Shown here: piece by piece, positions 10,597 through 19,407 of the stretch
Layout: each line of letters opens with the position of its first letter
How positions within the stretch are numbered: position 1 is the stretch's first letter
DNA from: Takakia lepidozioides
Taxonomy: Eukaryota; Plantae; Bryophyta
Direction of reading: 5' to 3'
NCBI GenBank assembly: GCA_030704615.1
Contig: JAKLZA010000066.1
Coordinates: forward strand, 1-25,000
Length of the DNA: 25,000 nt
Translations under genes and position numbers: made by a program
The notes under the pieces: generated by a model
The model's input: the letters and a program-made list of their open reading frames with translations, nothing else
What the model was told of the DNA's origin: nothing
The model's database searches: none

Positions 10597-11777
10597 GAGG
10601 ACAGGATTGTCGAAGGAGGAGGACTGCTGATGATGGTGAGGACCCACAAACACTACGCATTGTAGCTGGTGCCGTTGCAAACTCGTGTGGAATGGTAGTA
10701 AGTATGCATGGACAGCAATAAAAATTTCGAAGTGATAAACTCATGTGTGTGGATGGGTGTTATGCCAGACAAGTTGCAAGTAAAGCTCAGGGAGGAAGGT
10801 GGCATTCGTGCTCTGCCATGGTTCGTTCGCTTCATCGTGATGCCCTGGCCCAAGTTGCTCGGGGGATAGCTGATTTTTCCAGTTGCGAATCTCGAGGAGC
10901 TGCTCAAGGTACTGTACTGGTGCTCCTTTCTGAGAGTTTTGAAGTAGAGTTTGTAAACACAGACACACATCCTGTCTGGGGTAGGCAGCATCCAGCCTTG
11001 GTGTGGTACCATGTGCAGAAGGCGTGATTCTTCCTGGTCATTCTATCTTATGAAAGCTGAAATGTTTATTCATCCATATCTCAGAAGGTGACTTTACATG
11101 GATATTTGGTTGCAGGATACAAGTTAGAGTCATTGCTCATAGATGATGGAGCTCTACCGTGGATTGTTGCAATTGCCAACAATGATGCCTCACCCATCCG
11201 TCACCACATCGAGCTAGCCCTATGTCAATTAGCACCACATGGTAGGCGGCTGTTTTCTCCTGATCTTAAGCGGCAACTCCACCTAGTGACGTATGTATGC
11301 CTTCTCTAAAGCATGGCTTTGCAGGTTAATAGGCTGAGTGAATCTATCTCCCAAGGCTTCCTAACGTGCACAAGCATCTGCGACTTGAATTTTACTGCCT
11401 GGTTGATTAATATACCACAGTGAGGATTTACTTGGCCTAGTGGTGCAGCCCTTCCTGCTTCACCTCTGTTTCACAAGTGCTGCTTCTAGTCACCAGCCTG
11501 GCTTACATTAACAGTGAACTACTGGTGTTTTAGCAACCTGTCTATAGGGGGAAGCAAGTCTGAGCCAATCACTAACAAGCTTGCTTGTTCATATTTGCTG
11601 ATTATTGCCACTGCAGAAGTGAACTCAAAAGGCCTCGTTGCTGGAGGAGCTTTATGGGACCTGGTGTGCATCTCACGAGAGTGTTCCAGAGATGATATTC
11701 GGCATCTTGCACAGCGTACACTGAATGCTGGTGGACCTTTCCAAGTAGAGTTGAGGCGGCTGCATGTGGTATACTAA
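10597..11777 (+). pseudogene. ARK: Truncated, frameshifted copy of an ARMADILLO-repeat kinesin (ARK/KIN-U) gene; only the C-terminal ARM repeats are present
   Basis: Exon remnants ~10597-10694 (RIVEGGGL / RTADDGEDPQTLRIVAGAVANSCG), 10769-10908 (DKLQVKLREEGGIRAL / MVRSLHRDALAQVARGIADFSSCESRGAAQ), 11116-11241 (SLLIDDGALPWIVAIANNDASPIRHHIELALCQLAPH), 11617-11777 (EVNSKGLVAGGALWDLVCISRECSRDDIRHLAQRTL...). These match the ARK C-terminus as I recall it. Frameshifts near 10620, 10691 and 10815; there is no room for a motor domain before RPB11. Confidence 0.88.
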
Positions 11778-13747
11778 TATGTTTTCTCCTGAGTTGGGTA
11801 CTTTGTTAGGAGACTTCTTCAGTTCTCCTCTGAGTGTGTTTTTGCACTCAGAAAATGTCCAAAAGAAGCCCCAGTAGAGGCCATGTTGCTGATACGACCT
11901 ACATACCTGTAGATGAGCTCAACTGTAAATAGATCAAAGAAATGCGTAGGGGTTCCAACAAGGGGCCCAGTACTGTCCTCCATAAAGGTTAACGCGGACT
12001 TATATCTGTCAGCATCATTCTCACCAAAGTTAGGTTCAATAGAAATGCTAACAAAAAATAGACAGCTGACATCAATTTATGCCGAAGAGTTTGGCTTAAT
12101 CATATCATGTGGCTGACTGGAAAGGCTACAAGCATGTATGACCTTCCAAGTAAAGGTAAATATGCAGAACAGTCTTGCAGTTGTGTGTCTGATCATGACT
12201 GTGCACTCTGATTCCATCTACATTTGAAGGAAAAAAACTTTGGGTGTTGGTATGGAAGCTGTTTCATGTGGTTATGTCTCTGCAGCAGGGGAAAACCTGG
12301 GGTATGAAGTCCTTGAGCAATGGGACTTTTGGAAGATAGATCATGCATCCATATCTTTGTCGATATGACTCTCATATCCTTAGTGAGGCTTTGTCCAATG
12401 CTCTCACTAGGCTTTCATCTACTTTTCTGAGTTTCTACAACAATTTATGGAGTTATCATTCTCATACTTTCTTGTTGCCAGGTTCTTGTTACCTCAGCCC
12501 TCATTTATTTCTCATCATGTGTGCATGTGAACAAGTGAAAGTGAGCTTGTCTTGGTATCTAGCAGACATGTTGAATATCTAGCAGGATATTCAACACAAT
12601 CTCTTTCATAAATGTAGCAAGGTGATGATCTGGATCTGGATCACCACAAGCCTGGAATTGATGCTTTAGACAAGGGTCTGGGGGCAGTTGTGTAATCATA
12701 GTCTCATCAAATGTCTCATTACTTCGGTCAGTGCACACATGTACAGTCAAAGTATTGCAGTCAGACAGACAGAGAGACTGTATATACTACACTAAACAAT
12801 ACGTGTACAATAGCGAAAATATTCTGGAGACGCGAGATTTGTGGGGTCACTGCAAATGCTCTATTCTTCGTTGTGCGATGGTATCAGGATCCTCCTTGAG
12901 TGAGTGAATGCATAGATACTCTACGAAAAGATTGTAGAGGGGTCAGAAAGGAATGCTTGTACTTGGGTTGGGACTGATGACCCACTAACTTCTTACGGGA
13001 GCGAGAGAGGTTCTGTTTGGAGTGAGAGAGACACTATCCACTAGAATTTGTAGAAGAGAGCGAGCGAGGGAGAGAGTTGGTTGGCGGTCGGTAAGGAGGT
13101 TCAATTGAGCCCGCGTGTATTTCAACAGATCATGACCTGGGCTGCCAGATTTGCTGTGAGACAGACTACAGAGCAAGCGTGGGATGGAGAACGACGGCTT
13201 GCATGCGTGGGAAGCTGAGGAAATAGGTGAAAGGCACAAGAGCGAGTGAGAAGGAAGACAAGAATCAGATTGGGTGTACAGTAGCGAGGATCCTATGCGG
13301 GCTTGTTGTTTGCATTCCACTTTGACCCTCAACAGCCTCTTTTGGGTGATAGCGCATCCATCGACATAGATGCCGGTCATCACCAAACTCCATATGCTTG
13401 CCTACATTTGCTTTTCTTCTAATCTGTTGTTTCAGTTCTCTTTCTTCATCCTCTGTGGGACCCCATGGTGCCCACTTCCATGGGATTTGTTGTTTCGAGA
13501 AAAGTCTTTGATGTTGAACACATGATTCTCCACCTTCTGTATACATCCCCTCGTCTTAAGCGCAAGTTGGCAGAGCCCTTATCATGGGTTCCCCTTTTCC
13601 TTTTAGAAGGGAAATCTCATGAATGCTGGTTGCGTGAGTTACTCTAATGTTGATAAACCCTGTAAGACTTTATTTACAACATGTACAATGGGTGAACGTG
13701 CATAGGATGAGAAGTTCCCAAAAAGGGGGGGGGAGGAACAAGAAACA

Positions 13748-13844
13748 AGAGAAGAAAACAAAAAGCTATAGTAAGCTACTCAGCTAGAGAAGAAAACAAA
13801 AGCTATAGTAAGCTACTCAACCAGCAACGAAAACAGAAAGCTAT
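13748..13844. repeat. Tandem repeat, ~38-bp unit, about 2.5 copies
   Basis: AGAGAAGAAAACAAAA(A)GCTATAGTAAGCTACTCA at 13748 and 13786, with a degenerate third copy from ~13823. Confidence 0.85.
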
Positions 13845-14193
13845 GAGGTGGTCTCTCGATTATGATGTACAAGGTCTGACGATCCTTCCTTCCTGTCACC
13901 ACCACACTTGCGAAGTTCTTGTGGACTGACCAGAAGAAAGAATATTTTAATTCCATGAATGCTAATATGAAGGACTCTCATCGCATTAAGTATGCAAAAC
14001 TTCAGGATCATTAAAGGAGGAGGCTGGCATCAGCCCTCCCCTGCGTGTCTCCTCCGAAATCATAGATCTATGCTCCTCCTAGTGACAAAAGATCCGTCAC
14101 ATGTTTACATGATCCCTTCTCTCTTCTCTCTCTAATCTTCCTTTCCTTCCTCTAATTAACACGGCGAGCTTTGATGGGTTGGGGGTCCCACAG

Positions 14194-14337
14194 AAGAAGA
14201 ACGGGAACAAGGTTAAGTGCGAACCAAAGGAAGATAAATCGTCTGATGATTCCTTCGTTGCGATATCGGGTATGGTGGTGGCGGCTGGAATTGTGTTGGG
14301 TGCCCTCATGGCCTTGGCTCGCAGTAAAAGCAGTTAA
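14194..14337 (+). CDS. Possible terminal exon of a small tail-anchored membrane protein (upstream exons not found)
   Basis: Long pyrimidine tract with CTAAT at 14113-14157, acceptor CACAG| at 14193, then KKNGNKVKCEPKEDKSSDDSFVAISGMVVAAGIVLGALMALARSKSS*: a ~22-aa hydrophobic stretch plus a short basic tail. Confidence 0.35.
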   Translation, partial: KKNGNKVKCEPKEDKSSDDSFVAISGMVVAAGIVLGALMALARSKSS

Positions 14338-15259
14338 TCATAGCTCGGTGTTGCCGGGTGCCATATGGGTCGTGAAGTTTTCCACCTCTGCTTGCTTGCA
14401 CGCTGGCTATGATGGGCCCTGTTCAAATTGAAAATGTACAAGGGGCTCCTCACCATCTATATGAAATGAGTTGGGGTGGAGCTTTGTTATATCTATGAAA
14501 ACTACTATGTACGTAGCTTTGTGAATGTCAGGTGTGAGTGATGCGTGTGCGAGAGAGAGGGAGAGAGACACACAGATTCAGACTGATTATTTAGATTTAG
14601 TCTATATGCGGGTGTCAATGTTCCTTCGGAGCACATAGTCCTTCAAGTCGACTTCCCACCCAGTACTCCCTCCGAGAGAATGTGGTCAATTGACACAGCT
14701 TGCAACGTGCTAAGGAGGAATTGAGGAGAGAATATGAACTCCTGCCCTGCATGAGCCCTGCACCTGAATTACGCATTCATACATTCCTCATTGCTTGCTT
14801 GGATTGTTCTCGGTTGCTAGAAACTGAATCCTGATCCTGAGCCCCTGAACGTGAATGTCCATATCAAGACCACTAATAGATCAACCTATGGCATCTTTGA
14901 CAAAGCTGACCTCCCGCTGACCTGGGACAGATAAGGGTTGTACTTCCCGTTAAAAGTGTGCTGGATCAAGGAACCACAAAGCCAACCTAGAAGTGAAAAG
15001 AATCTTTCTCTACCGAGCAATCTTGTGACAACCATTAAAGCTCATGGGGGATGCTCTGGTCTTCCTGACTCGTCCCCTTCCTTTCAAAAGCAAGAAAGCA
15101 ATGTGTTATTGAGGAGTTCATTGAGCTGTCGGACGAACTGCCGGATCATTCATCCGTGGAGGTAGTAGCAGGGCAGGGTTTTGGGTTTTTGGAGTTCATG
15201 AGGAAGATAGAGAGAGGGAGAAGTGCTGAGAGATTGAAAGGGAAGGTTGAGTATCAATC

Positions 15260-17260
15260 ATGAATGCAGGCCACAGCCTCCCCTCAGTGATCGCTACTGA
15301 CAGCTCCGGTTTATGTGTCTCATGCTCTGGTGCTGCTGGGAGTTTCGATCTGTGGGCAGGGCTGAGAAAGAGAGGAAGAAGGATTCAAAGCGTTGGTTGC
15401 AGAATAACAGAGAAGAGTTTGAACAGGTGGGGGATGCATGGCCCACATGTGCAATGCAAAGGTTTTAAGGGCGGAGATTTGTTTGGGTTGTTTTTCCGAA
15501 CCTCTGGTGGTTTCATTGAAGGTGGTCGACGCGGAATCCATGAGGGCAGGGGACAATTGGGGCGGGTTGTACAGGTTAGATCGGCACTGAATTCGACGGG
15601 GAGGGATGCGCTCAGATTGTTCAGCTCTGCTGAGGTAAGAGAGCAAACAGAGAGGCTATTGAGTGTGAAGAGGAATGCTGGACGAAGCAAGGGCGTCAGG
15701 GGCCGGGACTCGGGTGGTCGGATTGAGGGACCAAGAAGGAACTGGACAGACAGGAGAAAGGAAGGTGCGCCTTCCGGAAACCCCAACAAACACATGAAAA
15801 ATCCAGGAGTACCAGGCCCTGATAAAAAAGGAGGGACAGATGAAAATGGCATTCGTCTGGAAGGAACGAGGCAAGGGGAGACAGGTGGAGAGAAGGTCAA
15901 CACAGGGGGAAACACGCTTGGGGATAGAGGTGGTGGGAAGCCCAAGAAAGGTCCGAAGCCCAGGGATCTGGTCACTCGGGCAGGGATGGACTTCATGCTT
16001 GTGAACAGGGGAGATCGAAGATTGGGGACAGAATGGACCCCTTGGACCTCGGATCCAGCTGAGAGGCAGCCTGATGAGTATTATGAGCACGGACCTTATG
16101 GTCCACATGCCTGGAAAGGGTTGGTTGTGGGAAGGCCTCGGAAGGGGACGATGGCAGACAAGCTTGTGGTGTTTTTCTCTAGTGTGAAGAATGAAGAAGA
16201 GCAAAAGCAGATCAACATATTGGACGCAAAAGGTGTGTACAACAACCGGCTCATGCAACTGGATGAGTCTGTGGGTATACAATATTTTCTTGTCTTTGTG
16301 CGACAGACCCGAAGGATTGGGCTTCAGATTCCATGGAGGGAATGGACCCTGGTGGCCCAAGTTGCCGTGGAATCAGGAGCGGAACTGGACAAATGGCGGC
16401 TGGGATTCTATCTTGATCGGCAGACGAGAGACAATCTTACCCGATTTGTAGCATGGTATCGCCCAGATCTTATATTTGTGAAAAAGCCAGGTTACCAAGT
16501 GAGGTTTGAGCCACAGAAGGAGTTTTTGGAAAAGTTGGTGGAGCTTCTGAACCCAGAAAACGATGGTAGCTGCACTCCTGTGGCGCCAACATGGGACGGA
16601 AGAGGAGTTGGCAAGAGCAATGACTCATATTTTGGAAGAATGTGTAGGACTTTGGGTGTTGGCGAAAGGGATAGTGCAGAGGAGGTGGGATCAAAGTTTG
16701 AGAGCCTGGATGAAGAGGGGAGGCTGCAGTGTTTGGAGCATGTGCTTGGCACCCATCCTGTGCAGCTCTTGACTCCTTTTACTCGCAGAGCTAGGGAGGA
16801 AGACCGAATGACAGTAGAGGAGAGTGTAGGCTCTTGTTGGCAAGAGGAGGAGGGGAACTGGGAAGAACCCTATGAATCTGATGACAGTCTCAACAACAAC
16901 TCCCAAGCTGAAGTAGAAGGTTGGGAAGATGGTGAGAGTGACGACTTCGAACAAGAAGGTGTAGAAGATGATGGTGATTGGGAGGGAGATGGTTGGGAAG
17001 GAGAGGAAGGGAAAGCAATTTTAACCGAAGGAGAGTTGCAGCGGGCAAATGATGATGATGCTTACTGGAACCAGAAAATGGTGAAAGCATACTCGGAAAT
17101 TGAGGATTCTGAAGTTGTTGATGAGTCTGAAGAGCAAATCCAGACACAAAAATCCGAGCTGTTTTTGAAGGCAGCCTTGTGTCCTTATACCTATACGAGC
17201 TTGATAAAAGAGATTGTGATTATTCGGCACACCCTAGTGGACTATCCGGCTTTAAGATGA
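15260..17260 (+). CDS. Uncharacterised plant-specific, probably plastid-targeted protein (666 aa, intronless); tentatively like Arabidopsis At3g14900/EMB3120
   Basis: 2-kb uninterrupted ORF with a Ser/Arg/Gly-rich, acid-poor N-terminus (transit-peptide-like), an aromatic globular core (EYYEHGPYGPHAWKG...PWREWTLVAQV...WYRPDLIFVKKPGYQVRFEPQ), an acidic tract and terminal PYTYTSLIKEIV. Coding status is firm; the orthologue name is from memory only. Confidence 0.85.
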   Translation: MNAGHSLPSVIATDSSGLCVSCSGAAGSFDLWAGLRKRGRRIQSVGCRITEKSLNRWGMHGPHVQCKGFKGGDLFGLFFRTSGGFIEGGRRGIHEGRGQLGRVVQVRSALNSTGRDALRLFSSAEVREQTERLLSVKRNAGRSKGVRGRDSGGRIEGPRRNWTDRRKEGAPSGNPNKHMKNPGVPGPDKKGGTDENGIRLEGTRQGETGGEKVNTGGNTLGDRGGGKPKKGPKPRDLVTRAGMDFMLVNRGDRRLGTEWTPWTSDPAERQPDEYYEHGPYGPHAWKGLVVGRPRKGTMADKLVVFFSSVKNEEEQKQINILDAKGVYNNRLMQLDESVGIQYFLVFVRQTRRIGLQIPWREWTLVAQVAVESGAELDKWRLGFYLDRQTRDNLTRFVAWYRPDLIFVKKPGYQVRFEPQKEFLEKLVELLNPENDGSCTPVAPTWDGRGVGKSNDSYFGRMCRTLGVGERDSAEEVGSKFESLDEEGRLQCLEHVLGTHPVQLLTPFTRRAREEDRMTVEESVGSCWQEEEGNWEEPYESDDSLNNNSQAEVEGWEDGESDDFEQEGVEDDGDWEGDGWEGEEGKAILTEGELQRANDDDAYWNQKMVKAYSEIEDSEVVDESEEQIQTQKSELFLKAALCPYTYTSLIKEIVIIRHTLVDYPALR

Positions 17261-19173
17261 ATACCCTTGATTCTGCTGCAGTTGTTTTTGCTTGTGGTCC
17301 CCAACTCTTGGGTTGTTTGTCCTGCCTATCTCTTTTGTCCCTTAACCAGTCCTTGCTGCAGAATGAGCTTGTGGAGCAGCAGGTGCATACGTCCTACTCT
17401 CAAGGCCAAATTGTCAGTTTTAATGTCTGCTGCCTTTCTTTGCATAGGCCATGGAATGAGAAGCGTGTGTGTAGGAGCTCCTGAGAATCAACTTGTCATT
17501 GGGAGGATTTGTTTTAGAGCAGAAGAAAAAATAAATATTAAGCCCGTGGAAGCCTAAAGGGCCGGAGTGACACAGTCAACAACAAGCAGAGATGTCAGGG
17601 AACAATATTCAGATCATGGCTAGAGAAAATGCATCTCTCTGTTCAGCACTGTGGCAGTGATTTGGAGAAGTCCATTCACACTAGGGCAGAACAGAGGCAA
17701 GTAGATATTCCAGCGGTGGATATGATTTTCACAAGAAGCAAAGGGAGAGATGAGCATACCAGTGAAGCAGTGGGTCTGTCTGAATCAGAGAATGATGAAG
17801 GGAATGTCTCCCCTCACTGTGTCGGTCAAGAACAAGAGACTGATTTTGCTACATGAGGATTGGGAGGAGAGCAGCTCAAATGTGAAGTATCAGAAACAGA
17901 CAGGAGTCTGACAAGGAGGTGCCACCATAGAAGGAGGGATGAGAGATTAAGACTGCATCTTCCTTAAGGTACACCACATAAGGGCACTGGTAGGCTCTCT
18001 TGATGAAACCCAGGTCTGTACTTAGGAGAGGGCTTAGGAAAGACCAGCATTGACTGTCTGTTTCCATCAAGTGATCAGTGGACCAGTTCTAGACGATGGG
18101 AAGTTTTATAGCACATACAGGAACATACGACATAACCAGGAGTTTACAAGTACATTGAAGGACACTTGGCCATTCTCTTCTCACAACCCAACGAATTCAT
18201 GTGGGTTTGCACCACGGAGCTCGGAGCAGTTGGCAAGTTCACAGAGTTTGAGAGCATGGAGTGAAGGTGATCGCGCTTAGCTGCAATAATGTGCAGATCC
18301 AAGCCCGCGCTGGCTGTCAAGTTCAGAATGCTTGACCCCAATGAGCAAGATGCTGCTGGAAGTTTGGAAATTACAATGCCATGTTTTTGTGGTTTTGTGG
18401 GAGCTTTGTGTAGCTGAGGGCTTCAAATGTCACTGCTATGGTTGTAGACTGCAAGCCCAGACACTACTGAGTGATGTACCTCCAAGGTTTTGTTGATACT
18501 GTAATGGTGTGGTGAAGAGTGATGTCCTTACTGTTATTCATCATTTGTGAGTACATCTTGTGTTCTACTTTGCAGAAATCTTTTGGACGTAAAAGTGGAA
18601 TGCGTGAGTGATTGTTAAACCCATTATGTCTTCAATCCCATGCCGTGCATAGCTGATTAAGCTGCTAGAGTCCCTACCCTCATCCTCAGAGGAAAGGGAT
18701 TTCATAGAGTTAGTTTCCAATGTTCGAACAAAGCTCGAACCAAGATTGCAGTGTGCAGGCACTCTGAAATTGCATGCTTCGAATGGAATCCATTAACTGT
18801 ATTATAAATCTGAATAAAACTTCTCCAACTTACGTATATCTCAGTTTGAGAGGAAATTTGCTGCCGGCAGACCAACAACTGTCTACTGAAATGTAGCTGG
18901 AAATATGAGATGCAGATCTGCAAACTGTTCCACATTAGGCTGTAGCCTTACAAGGAGCGGGTTAATGAACAGACTGCACATCTTTGCCATATAGGCCAGC
19001 CTTACAGGGAGAAGAATCCAGAAGAAGAAATGAACAGGGACTCTAAAATCAAAGCTCTCCTCACTCTCTCTCTCTCTCTCCTGCCTCATGGCGGTCACCA
19101 CCATCACTGTCTTCTTTCCTTGTATGTAAGTTGCTCTTGGTCCACCTAAAACAAGAGAGACTAAAAAAAGAAA

Positions 19174-19276
19174 AAACCCTAAGGCTCGGGATGCTCTCGG
19201 ATGGAGACGTTGGCGTCCGAGCCTCTGGGCTCGAGCCGAACCTGCCATGATTCCCCTTCCTCGGTCCGAATTTGAA
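19174..19276. promoter_or_regulatory. Shugoshin proximal promoter motifs: telo-box and CHR-like TTTGAA
   Basis: AAACCCTAA at 19174-19182 and TTTGAA at 19271-19276, just upstream of the pyrimidine-rich leader and ATG 19408; a (CT)n tract lies at ~19064-19080. Confidence 0.35.
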
Positions 19277-19407
19277 AATTTTCACTGATTTTCTGAGTGC
19301 CCATCACGCAGCTCTTCGTGCTCGTTTGGGTGCTCACAAGTATCTTGGTGTGTTTTGGAATTTTATTCATTTTTTCATCTCGTCAGTAGCTCTTCGTTTC
19401 TCTCGTA

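Noticed and set aside
12569-12645. 11-bp hairpin (12569-12596) and a C-box-like GTGATGA as a C/D snoRNA
   Set aside because: No suitably placed D box (CTGA) or recognisable rRNA-complementary guide.
13227-13326. Short frame VKGTRASEKEDKNQIGCTVARILCGLVVCIPL* as an exon
   Set aside because: Purine-rich, weak acceptor and no linkable start; likely chance.
15320-17230. Antisense ORFs up to 234 aa within the 666-aa gene
   Set aside because: Shadow frames of a purine-rich CDS.
18883-19370. Minus-strand ORFs divergent from the shugoshin promoter
   Set aside because: They run through a microsatellite and promoter motifs, with no downstream exon chain or motif.
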